From positions 40,051 to 104,050 of the forward strand of contig JBAYLD010000001.1 in the NCBI GenBank assembly GCA_041664265.1: a stretch of DNA of 64,000 nt, read 5' to 3'. Both the position numbers and the translations under genes were made by a program. The DNA is from Minisyncoccota bacterium (GTDB taxonomy: Bacteria; Patescibacteriota; Minisyncoccia; Phycocordibacterales; Phycocordibacteraceae). This document shows positions 29,075-36,414 of this stretch, piece after piece (the first letter of the stretch is position 1; every line of letters starts with the position of its first letter). A model generated the notes under the pieces. That model searched no databases, was not told the origin of the DNA, and worked only from the letters and a program-made list of their open reading frames with translations.

Positions 29075-30001
29075 CTACACTTTGAGATATCTACGAATAG
29101 CGAGCACCGAAGCGGTCGCGCCAAGCGCGATGCCCGAGATCATGATGATAAGGAAGACGATCAAGAAGCGATCGCCATAATAGCTCGCCACATTGAAGCC
29201 GCCGAACCATCCGGCAGTTTTTACCCCTACATACCAGGTCGTCGGCCAGAGGAGGAACAAAACCAAAACCGCTGAGATGACGCCGGTGATAATACCCGCA
29301 ACGATAAAGGGTCCTCGAATATAGGCGTTGCTGGCGCCAACAAGCCGCATAACGCCGATCTCATCGCGGGCGGTGTAGATCGCGAGGCGGATAGTCGCAA
29401 AAGCGATAAGGATCGAGGCGATGGCGAAGAGGATAACCACCGCAATGCCGATGTCGCGCGTGGCACTAATCGCGAGTGAGAGGCGATCAATGACCTCTTT
29501 GTTCTGCGCATAATTAATGCGATCAACTATCGACGCACCGCCCGAGGAGAGTGTGGGAGAAGCCTCCAAGAAGCTCACGATGCTCTCGTATTGTGAAGGA
29601 TCCTTCGCCTGCACCTCAAGCGAGGCATCGAGCGGATTGCCGCCGAGCTCGTCGAGAGCTTGGAGCGTGAGCCGGTCATTCGCGTGCCGCTCTCGGAATG
29701 CCGCAAGAGCCTCCTCTGCCGAGGTGTAGGTGATGCTCGCCACCTGCGGCAGCTTCTCAAGCTGATCCTTCACGGCGAGAATCTCGGCCTCGCTCGCCGT
29801 GGTAACAAAGTAGACCGAGACGTCAACTTTATCCCTGATGGTATTGAGCGTATAAGAAAGGAGTGCGGAGAGGAAGATGAGAGAACCGATGATTGCGAGC
29901 GTCACCGTCATGATGAGCACCGTCGCCGCGGAGACCGCGCCACCGCGGGCAAAATTTTTCCCTCCAGCAGTGAGCACTCGTTTGATGATCATCCAATCCA
30001 T
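29075..30001 (-). CDS. ftsX: Cell-division ABC transporter permease FtsX
   Basis: FtsX topology: one TM, periplasmic domain, three C-terminal TMs. Directly downstream of ftsE. Confidence 0.8.
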   Translation of the reverse strand: MDWMIIKRVLTAGGKNFARGGAVSAATVLIMTVTLAIIGSLIFLSALLSYTLNTIRDKVDVSVYFVTTASEAEILAVKDQLEKLPQVASITYTSAEEALAAFRERHANDRLTLQALDELGGNPLDASLEVQAKDPSQYESIVSFLEASPTLSSGGASIVDRINYAQNKEVIDRLSLAISATRDIGIAVVILFAIASILIAFATIRLAIYTARDEIGVMRLVGASNAYIRGPFIVAGIITGVISAVLVLFLLWPTTWYVGVKTAGWFGGFNVASYYGDRFLIVFLIIMISGIALGATASVLAIRRYLKV

Positions 30002-30018
30002 AGCGTATCCATTAATTA

Positions 30019-30720
30019 TTATAGGACGTATTTCCCGTCCGCATCATCGCGCACAACCTTCCCGCGATCGATAGTGATCACGCGCTTATCAATGGCGTCA
30101 ACAACGCCCTTATTGTGCGTCGCGATGATGATGGTGGTACCGAGTTCGTTGATCTTCTTTAGAATCTCCACCACCTCGTAGGTGTTGATCGGATCGAGAT
30201 TGCCCGTCGGCTCGTCGGCGATGATAAGCTCCGGCTGATTGATGATTGCGCGGCCGATCGCGACGCGCTGCTTCTCGCCACCTGAGAGCTGGTCAGGGAA
30301 GTGGAGCGCCTTCTCGCCGAGATTTATCAACTCCAAGATGTAGGGCACGTCGCTTGCGATCTCGCTATCAGTGCGCCCTGCCGCCTCCATCGCAAATGCG
30401 ATGTTCTCATAAGCGGTTTTGTTGGGGATGAGGCGGAAGTCTTGGAACACCATGCCGATCTTGCGGCGATAGTGGTGAAGCGCCGAGAGCGGCAGGTCAT
30501 TCACGTCCATCGATTCAAAAAAGACGTTACCTTCGGTCGGGCGCTCTTCGGCGAGGAGAAGCTTCAGCAGAGTCGTCTTCCCTGCGCCCGAGTGACCGAC
30601 GACGGAGACGAACTCTTTGGGGGCGATGGAGATAGTGATTCCCTCGAGTGCCGCTGTATTCCCGTATCGTTTCGTCACCTGGTCGAAATAAATCATGCTT
30701 CGCTGCCCATTGTACCCCAT
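30019..30720 (-). CDS. ftsE: Cell-division ATP-binding protein FtsE
   Basis: Walker A 'GHSGAGKTTL', signature 'LSGGEKQRVAIGRA'. The start at 30720 has a GGAGGTG SD 6 nt upstream; the ORF extends to 30816. Confidence 0.8.
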   Translation of the reverse strand: MGYNGQRSMIYFDQVTKRYGNTAALEGITISIAPKEFVSVVGHSGAGKTTLLKLLLAEERPTEGNVFFESMDVNDLPLSALHHYRRKIGMVFQDFRLIPNKTAYENIAFAMEAAGRTDSEIASDVPYILELINLGEKALHFPDQLSGGEKQRVAIGRAIINQPELIIADEPTGNLDPINTYEVVEILKKINELGTTIIIATHNKGVVDAIDKRVITIDRGKVVRDDADGKYVL

Positions 30721-30837
30721 GGGCTTCACCTCCGTCCAGAAAGTGGATAAGTTCGCAAAGCCGACCTTCCTCCCTGCGCTTGCCTCGGGCGAATCAAGTA
30801 AGAACTTGTTCGTCACTCGGCTCGCTTGGTAGTAACC

Positions 30838-30858
30838 CCGTAAGGTGACACCTTACGG
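30838..30858. repeat. Perfect 10-bp-arm palindrome CCGTAAGGTG-A-CACCTTACGG at the prfB/ftsE junction; a related copy lies at 41056-41086
   Basis: Read directly. The motif GTAAGGTGACACCTT recurs after the 2-hydroxyacid dehydrogenase stop. Confidence 0.5.
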
Positions 30859-31725
30859 TTGTTGGGCCGCCGCAGCATCTATGAATTCGTCCAGATCGCC
30901 TTCTAAGACCTTGTCGGGGTTGCCCGATTCAAAATCGGTGCGATGGTCCTTGACCATCTTGTAGGGGTGGAGGACATACGAGCGTATCTGGCTCCCCCAC
31001 TCATTTGCCGTGGTCGCGGCGATAGAGCGACCCTTCGCTTCTGCCTCCTGCTCCTGCTCCTGCTTCCTGAATAATTTTGCCTTCAAGAGCTCGAGCGCTT
31101 TCTCGCGATTCGCCTGCTGGCTCCGCTCGCTTGAGACGTGCACCGAGAGATTGGTCGGCTTATGGATGATGCGCACCGCCGTCTCGCGCTTGTTCACATT
31201 TTGCCCGCCCGCGCCGCCCGAACGCGCAAATTGCATCTCAAGATCGTCCGGCTTCAATTCAACCTTATCGCTCGCGACCAAGGTCGGCAACACTTCAACA
31301 AGCGCAAAGCTGGTCTGCCGCTTCGCGTTCGCGTTAAAGGGAGATTGGCGCACCAAGCGGTGTACGCCCGCTTCATGTTTGAGGCGGCCATACGCGCCCG
31401 AGCCCGTTATCTCCAACAGCACGTTGCGATACCCGCCTTGATCATTTTCGTTGGCATGGAGCTCGCGCACGCGCCAGCCCTTATTTGTCGCGTAGCCCTC
31501 ATACATGCGCCGGAGCATGCGCGCGAAGTCTTCAGCATCGTCGCCACCGGCGCCTGCGAGGATCGCCAAGGTCGCATTGCCGGAGTCATGCAGATCACCA
31601 CCGCCTCCCTCTTTTAAATTCTGATATTCCTGCACAAGCTGTTGCGCCTGCTCCTTGTCCACCCAGAACTCGGGCGATGCCATCATCGCTTCGAGTTCTT
31701 CGAGACGCTTCGTATGATCGTCCAT
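30853..31725 (-). CDS. prfB: Peptide chain release factor 2, lacking the N-terminal frame-0 leader segment
   Basis: SPF tripeptide '[11 protein letters not shown]', GGQ '[11 protein letters not shown]'. The N-terminus '[13 protein letters not shown]' aligns with E. coli RF2 residues about 26-36, just after the programmed-frameshift site. The start abuts tRNA-Thr and no CTT TGA C site lies upstream. Confidence 0.75.
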   Translation of the reverse strand: MDDHTKRLEELEAMMASPEFWVDKEQAQQLVQEYQNLKEGGGGDLHDSGNATLAILAGAGGDDAEDFARMLRRMYEGYATNKGWRVRELHANENDQGGYRNVLLEITGSGAYGRLKHEAGVHRLVRQSPFNANAKRQTSFALVEVLPTLVASDKVELKPDDLEMQFARSGGAGGQNVNKRETAVRIIHKPTNLSVHVSSERSQQANREKALELLKAKLFRKQEQEQEAEAKGRSIAATTANEWGSQIRSYVLHPYKMVKDHRTDFESGNPDKVLEGDLDEFIDAAAAQQP

Positions 31726-31730
31726 GTTTC

Positions 31731-31806
31731 TGGAGCCGCCTCTCAGATTCGGACTGAGGACCTACCCCTTACGAAGGGGTTGCTCTACCAACTGAGCTAA
31801 GGCGGC
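31731..31806 (-). tRNA. tRNA-Thr (anticodon CGU), CCA encoded
   Basis: Hand-folded: acceptor GCCGCCT/AGGCGGC, D-stem GCTC/GAGC, anticodon stem ACCCC/GGGGT with loop TTCGTAA, T-stem CTCAG/CTGAG. Confidence 0.8.
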
Positions 31807-31975
31807 GAGTGAGGAAACACGAATGTGCGTCCTCGAACGTTTGTGTTCTCCGAACGAGCCGACTACAAGCGTGCAAGCAATACTTTAGGCGGCGTCCTTC
31901 ATTTTTAACACATAATCTCTCTATACAAAAGAAGGCTCCGACGATCAGACAATCGCCGGAGCCCCTATGATGTAC

Positions 31976-32395
31976 TCATGACAAAGAGCTCGAGGAGCCA
32001 GAAGAAATGGGGCTGACCAATCGCACCTGAATAGCCTTCACCCGTTCGGCCCAAATGATCTCTTCTCCCATTTGCAGAGCGACCCGTTCGAGGTCACTCT
32101 GTAGCGACCTGAGCCGTCTCCTAGCCGTGAGCCAGTCAACAGCCTCATCGTCAGGATTGAGCTTGTCGATCTGGAAGAACTTTGTCTTCAGTTCCCCCAG
32201 ATCCCTTAAGGATTCCTCTCGCACAGCAGAATTTTCGGCAAGCCAACCCATCACTAACGTTAACCGACGCGCAAAGTCTGTCCTCTTATCAAGGACATAT
32301 TCACGCGCCCGTTCCCGCCGAGCCGAAGGCCTCAGAAGAAATATTGCGAGGAAAATGACAGTTACCAGAAAACACCTTATCACCCACTGTTCCAT
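31976..32395 (-). CDS. Hypothetical membrane-anchored protein
   Basis: N-terminal TM 'VIRCFLVTVIFLAIFLL' and a charged coiled segment. Confidence 0.3.
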   Translation of the reverse strand: MEQWVIRCFLVTVIFLAIFLLRPSARRERAREYVLDKRTDFARRLTLVMGWLAENSAVREESLRDLGELKTKFFQIDKLNPDDEAVDWLTARRRLRSLQSDLERVALQMGEEIIWAERVKAIQVRLVSPISSGSSSSLS

Positions 32396-32494
32396 GGCTC
32401 TCCCTCCTTAAACGTTAAGAACTATTAAGCACCACATCGGCGCCGATCCAAATACTGTTATACCAGATTATCTTAATGAATCAATTGTCTGCGG

Positions 32495-32567
32495 AGCCGT
32501 TGGTCAGGATCGGACTGACGACCTGCGCCTTACCATGGCGCTGCTCTACCAACTGAGCTACAACGGC
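32495..32567 (-). tRNA. tRNA-Thr (anticodon GGU)
   Basis: Hand-folded: acceptor GCCGTTG/CAACGGC, anticodon stem GCGCC/GGCGC with loop ATGGTAA. Confidence 0.7.
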
Positions 32568-32607
32568 TTATTGCACTTCTTGAGACTACGTTATTTCCCT
32601 TCCCTTT

Positions 32608-32838
32608 TCAATACAACACTACACCGATTACGACCGCGAGGTTGAAGAACATCATGAGTATGTTCGCGAAGAAGATGTGCCTGTCTTTGTGTACCGCGCC
32701 ATAGGTCGCCCAGAGGACGTTGATACCGGCAAGTAAGGACCACGTGAGGAAGGAGATGCCCGCGGCGCTCCGGGAGCTATAAATCTGGAGAATCTGCGGC
32801 ACAAGCGCCAAGGGTGCGAGAATACCGACACCATACAT
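32608..32838 (-). CDS. SemiSWEET / PQ-loop family small sugar transporter (3 TM)
   Basis: 'LAPLALVPQILQIY' PQ motif in TM1. About 76 aa from Met 32838; the ORF extends to 32937. Confidence 0.55.
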   Translation of the reverse strand: MYGVGILAPLALVPQILQIYSSRSAAGISFLTWSLLAGINVLWATYGAVHKDRHIFFANILMMFFNLAVVIGVVLY

Positions 32839-32963
32839 ACAGTAATCGAGAAAACGCTTCCCCGCGTTCACCGCCGGGAAGGGCTCCAGGCCTTGTGTGG
32901 CGTGTGCTCGCGCGCGCATGTGATGGAAGCCGATCATGGAGAAAATAGTGCTATAGTTATAGC

Positions 32964-33320
32964 ATGGAAGGCCTTGCCAGTTATGAAAAAGTGGAGCGCC
33001 CGTGGGGAAACTTCGAACGCTTCACGCTAAACGAAGCGACGACGGTGAAGATTCTCACGGTCAACGTTGGAGAGGAGTTGAGCCTCCAGACGCATGCACA
33101 CCGCGACGAATTCGGTCGCGTCTTGAAGGGTTCCGGCATCGTGCACATTGCTGAACAAGACAAGGGCGTGCACGAAGGCGACACGTTTTTTATCCCGCGC
33201 GGGACGAAGCATCGCGCCCTGGGCGGCCCCGAGGGGCTCACCTTTCTCGAGATATCCTTCGGCGACTTCGCTGAAGACGACGAGACGCGCCTTGAAGACG
33301 AGTACGGTCGCGTGCCATGA
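32964..33320 (+). CDS. Cupin-domain protein (mannose-6-phosphate isomerase type II C-terminal-like)
   Basis: 'ERPWGNFERF', 'LSLQTHAHRDEF', 'GDTFFIPRGTKHR' cupin motifs. Confidence 0.55.
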   Translation: MEGLASYEKVERPWGNFERFTLNEATTVKILTVNVGEELSLQTHAHRDEFGRVLKGSGIVHIAEQDKGVHEGDTFFIPRGTKHRALGGPEGLTFLEISFGDFAEDDETRLEDEYGRVP

Positions 33321-33333
33321 GAGCCTGAAGCGC

Positions 33334-34080
33334 TCACCGCAACCGTTTGATAAGCTCTAGAATCCAACTGGTATTGCACTGTATTCTTTTTGAGACCGGC
33401 TGCACCAACGGTGTCTCCGTACAACAAGAGAAAGTGCTGCGCCCGCGATGCGACATATAGTCCTCAGCGGTGCCGTCATGGAGCTCATAGACGGCCCCTT
33501 TCTTCACTTCCAGACCATCAAACGGCCCGTCTTTCAGAATGGGAAAGTGGTTCTTGCCGGCCTGCAGCAAATATTTTTCATACGTCCTATCGCCAAACGA
33601 ATAGAAGTAGAAACTTCCTTTCGTATCAGAATCTTCATGCATACTGATGAAGATCTTGGGCGCATATTTCTTCATATCCTTTTTAATCACGGCTATCTCT
33701 TTTGTCGGGCTCATCCTGTCGGGGTGAATCCAGTTTGTGTTACAACTTAAGCCTTGTCGATTAAAACGCTTGTCCCTGCTGAACCCCCACGGGTTTACCA
33801 GCGGATAGATGATTACGTTTACGCGATATTTTTCCGCGGCTTCTGCGATAAGCCGGTAATTCTTAAAGAGGGCGAGCGGCGGTGCCGGCTCTTCGCCATG
33901 GCAGCCGGCCATGATCATCAGCGTAGGAGAGGCATCAGAAATGTGTTTGGCGAACGTTACCAATTTGAACTCCTCATCAGGCACCTCGAGCCACGCCACG
34001 GTAAAATACCTTTGGATCTTGGGAACTTCTGTAAGGAGCTCCTGATAGGTTGGATGGTTGATTTTCATCGATTGACTCAT
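33334..34080 (-). CDS. Zinc-dependent M14-like peptidase/deacylase (AstE/AspA or gamma-D-glutamyl carboxypeptidase-like)
   Basis: 'AGCHGEEP' (HxxE) and 'ISMHEDSD' second metal-ligand region. Start at MSQSM (34080). Confidence 0.45.
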   Translation of the reverse strand: MSQSMKINHPTYQELLTEVPKIQRYFTVAWLEVPDEEFKLVTFAKHISDASPTLMIMAGCHGEEPAPPLALFKNYRLIAEAAEKYRVNVIIYPLVNPWGFSRDKRFNRQGLSCNTNWIHPDRMSPTKEIAVIKKDMKKYAPKIFISMHEDSDTKGSFYFYSFGDRTYEKYLLQAGKNHFPILKDGPFDGLEVKKGAVYELHDGTAEDYMSHRGRSTFSCCTETPLVQPVSKRIQCNTSWILELIKRLR

Positions 34081-34090
34081 GGTAGCACTG

Positions 34091-34131
34091 CAAAAAGAAC
34101 CCCGCACTACGTCGTGCGGGGTTCTTTTTTT
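34091..34131. terminator. Bidirectional rho-independent terminator (A-tract, 11-bp GC stem, T-tract) between tRNA-Asp and the peptidase gene
   Basis: caaaaa-gaaccccgcac-tacgtc-gtgcggggttc-ttttttt. Confidence 0.65.
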
Positions 34132-34137
34132 CAAATG

Positions 34138-34211
34138 CGCGGTCGATGGGACTTGAACCCACAACCTCCCGCGTGACAGGCGGGTGCTCTAACCAGTTGA
34201 GCTACGACCGC
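34138..34211 (-). tRNA. tRNA-Asp (anticodon GUC)
   Basis: Hand-folded: acceptor GCGGTCG/CGACCGC, anticodon stem CCCGC/GCGGG with loop CTGTCAC, T-loop TTCAAGT. Confidence 0.8.
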
Positions 34212-34331
34212 AAAGTGAGGTAAACGAGCGCGAAGCGCGGCACGCAAGAGCGGCGGAAAAATCGTTGGGCTTAAATGATTTTTCCACCGGTCGCGCGGGC
34301 CGGTGCCGAAGGCATCGTTTCGCCGAACGCC

Positions 34332-34359
34332 GCGGTCGTATGGTAATCCATACGACCGC
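34332..34359. repeat. Perfect 12-bp-arm hairpin gcggtcgtatgg-taat-ccatacgaccgc in the intergenic region between the tRNAs
   Basis: Read directly. The arm begins with the same 9 nt (GCGGTCGTA) as the tRNA-Asp 5' end. Confidence 0.5.
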
Positions 34360-34397
34360 ACTTCTGTACTTTACCAAATTCTTCTCAAAATGTCTCT

Positions 34398-34412
34398 TGT
34401 GCCGACGGAAGG
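34398..34412 (-). repeat. 15-nt direct repeat of the 3' end of tRNA-Met (att-site-like scar)
   Basis: tgtgccgacggaagg at 34398-34412 is identical to 34533-34547 (tRNA-Met acceptor 3' strand plus T-stem). Confidence 0.55.
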
Positions 34413-34534
34413 CTTGGTCAGGAATAATTTGTTCGCCGTCGCTCACAAATTTTCACGACCCTGCCTCGCGGTTTCGCCTGCTGGCGAAACATCGCTCCGG
34501 CGTGCAAGTCCTTCCCATTTCACTTCGTTCAATG

Positions 34535-34609
34535 TGCCGACGGAAGGACTTGCACCTTCGACCTTGGGTTTATGAGTCCCATGCTCTAACTACCTGAGCT
34601 ACATCGGCG
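34535..34609 (-). tRNA. tRNA-Met (anticodon CAU; initiator, elongator or tRNA-Ile2 not resolved)
   Basis: Acceptor GCCGATG/CGTCGGC, anticodon loop CTCATAA, T-loop TGCAAGT. One A-A mismatch closes the anticodon stem. Confidence 0.65.
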
Positions 34610-34728
34610 AGTGAGGGTACACAAAACGCATGTCTTCATGTGTTTTGTGTCGCCCGAGCGAGCCGAATGAAAGCCGACCAAAGGGAGGCTTACATCGGCG
34701 AGCTCTTCAAAACACTAACACGAATCTG

Positions 34729-35028
34729 CTAATTCGTCAGTTCGAGAATCACCTCAAAATCATCCTCCTTTGAGGCTTTATTTTTTCGCTCGAAGCCACA
34801 CACCACACAGCGATGCAGGATCACCTGCCCCTCGCCCTCAAGCGCCGCATCCACCGGCTCCATAAGCCCCTTGCAAGTGGCGGCGCGGTCACCCGGATTA
34901 ACATCTACATGTTTGCACCAGAGGCACCTTGGGCAATGGTTGGTGTACCCATTCCCCACTACTTCAAACCCGCACCGCTCGCAGGTGAAGTCCTCTTTAT
35001 TCCTTTGGAATTTCTTAGATAGGGTCAT
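34729..35028 (-). CDS. RNHCP-domain zinc-ribbon protein
   Basis: 'CERCG...YTNHCPRCLWCKH...CVVCG' Cys clusters including the NHCP signature. Confidence 0.45.
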   Translation of the reverse strand: MTLSKKFQRNKEDFTCERCGFEVVGNGYTNHCPRCLWCKHVDVNPGDRAATCKGLMEPVDAALEGEGQVILHRCVVCGFERKNKASKEDDFEVILELTN

Positions 35029-35050
35029 CCCTTTGGTATACTATGAGCCA

Positions 35051-36391
35051 ATGGGACATAGTATACAGAACTTTGACGCGCTCGCAGAGAGTGAACAGAG
35101 ACGCGACGCGCTCGCGATAGCCGAGGCCGGCTACGAGGCAATAAACATCGGCAATGCCCTGCGACGCAAATTGAAAATCGAAAATGCTGCCCTGCAAATT
35201 GATGGACACGGAGTGTCCATCAATTTGCAAAACAGAAAAGTGTTTTTTGTCGGCATCGGGAAGTGCGCGTTTGTAGCTGCTCAAGCAATCGAACAGTTAC
35301 TTGGTGAACGCCTGACTGCCGGTATCGCGTTTGATGTGTCCGATCTGTCGAGATCAGATGTCGACAACAACTGTCGACATCTGATCTCGACTTCGAGAAT
35401 TGAGAAAATTGTCGGCACGCATCCCTTGCCGAACGAGGTGAACGTACAAGCGACAGAACATATCCTGCAATTTCTTTCAGAACGCACTGAAGAAGATCTG
35501 ATCATCATGCTCATCTCCGGCGGCGGCTCTACCTTGATCTGTGCCCCCGAAGCCCCCATGACATATCAGGATGAAGTTACCCTCTTTAAAGAACTAACGG
35601 CAAAAGGCGCGACCATACAAGAGATGAATACGGTGCGCAAGCATACCTCCCGCGCGCGCGGCGGTGGCCTCGCGCGCGCCGCCTTCCCTGCCGAAGTTAT
35701 TTCTCTGATTGTGTCTGACGTACCAGGGAACGACATTGCATACATCTCTTCCGGCCCGACGGTACGAGACGCCTCGACGATCGCCGAGGCCGAGACGGTG
35801 TTTGCGCGCTATGACATTACTCCGCCAGCGAACACCGTGTTCACAGAAACACCAAAAGAAGAGAAGTTTTTTGAGCGCGTAACCAACGTCCTCTTCCTCA
35901 CCAATCAAGACGCGCTCGCTGCGATGCAGGGCGAAGCAACGCGCCTCGGCTATACGGCCGAAGTGGTTGACGACCACTTTTCTGGCGAGGCGCGCACTAT
36001 CGGCCACAGTATTGTGGAAAAACTTCACGCTGCACCATCAAAAACTGCCCTCCTCTACGCCGGCGAAAGCACTGTAATGATGGACACTCCGTGTCCATCA
36101 ATTTCTGGGACTGGTGGACGGAACCAAGAAATGGCACTCGCTGCGCTCGAGGACGTACGCGGTGACGAGCTTGTCCTACCTTTCGCTTCAGATGGCCACG
36201 ACAACACTGACCACGCCGGGGCGATCGCTGATGCGGTCACTATCGCACATGCACGGGCAAGAGATATCTCGTCTGTAGAGTATCTCGCGGCACACCGTTC
36301 GTATGATTTTTTCAAAACAACCGGCGACGCACTTCAGACGGGGTATACTGGATCAAACGTGTCTGACCTTATCGTCGCACTCAAACTTTAA
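35051..36391 (+). CDS. Glycerate kinase (glycerate 2-kinase; MOFRL/GckA-TtuD family)
   Basis: 'GGGSTLICAPE', 'IQEMNTVRKHTSRARGGGLA', 'LIVSDVPGND', C-terminal MOFRL 'GGRNQEMALAAL...SDGHDNTDHAGA'. Start at MGHSI (35051); the ORF begins at 34871. Confidence 0.8.
   Translation: MGHSIQNFDALAESEQRRDALAIAEAGYEAINIGNALRRKLKIENAALQIDGHGVSINLQNRKVFFVGIGKCAFVAAQAIEQLLGERLTAGIAFDVSDLSRSDVDNNCRHLISTSRIEKIVGTHPLPNEVNVQATEHILQFLSERTEEDLIIMLISGGGSTLICAPEAPMTYQDEVTLFKELTAKGATIQEMNTVRKHTSRARGGGLARAAFPAEVISLIVSDVPGNDIAYISSGPTVRDASTIAEAETVFARYDITPPANTVFTETPKEEKFFERVTNVLFLTNQDALAAMQGEATRLGYTAEVVDDHFSGEARTIGHSIVEKLHAAPSKTALLYAGESTVMMDTPCPSISGTGGRNQEMALAALEDVRGDELVLPFASDGHDNTDHAGAIADAVTIAHARARDISSVEYLAAHRSYDFFKTTGDALQTGYTGSNVSDLIVALKL
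35193..35229. repeat. Family-A palindromic element, full copy (17-bp arms, 3-nt spacer), inserted in-frame in the glycerate kinase gene
   Basis: tgcaaattgatggacac-gga-gtgtccatcaatttgca. Encodes 'QIDGHGVSINLQ'; the antisense frame also reads IDGHSVSIN. Confidence 0.7.
35347..35391. repeat. Family-B palindromic element (20-bp arms, 5-nt spacer, two SalI-like GTCGAC cores), inserted in-frame in the glycerate kinase gene
   Basis: gtcgagatcagatgtcgaca-acaac-tgtcgacatctgatctcgac. Encodes 'RSDVDNNCRHLIS'. Confidence 0.7.
36075..36104. repeat. Family-A palindromic element, degenerate copy in inverted orientation, in-frame in the glycerate kinase gene
   Basis: aatgatggacac-tcc-gtgtccatcaattt. The spacer tcc is the reverse complement of gga in copy A1. 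The antisense frame encodes EIDGHGVSI. Confidence 0.65.
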
Positions 36392-36414
36392 ATCTTTAAA
36401 TATTTAAATAGCAT

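Noticed and set aside
31726-31810. Searched for a prfB frame-0 leader and a CTT TGA C frameshift site upstream of the RF2 start
   Set aside because: The 5 nt upstream run straight into tRNA-Thr(CGU), and no TGA-containing shift site is present. The RF2 here is not frameshift-regulated.
34260-34330. Possible additional tRNA between tRNA-Asp and tRNA-Met
   Set aside because: Could not fold a cloverleaf. Only a short hairpin and a fragment matching tRNA ends are present.
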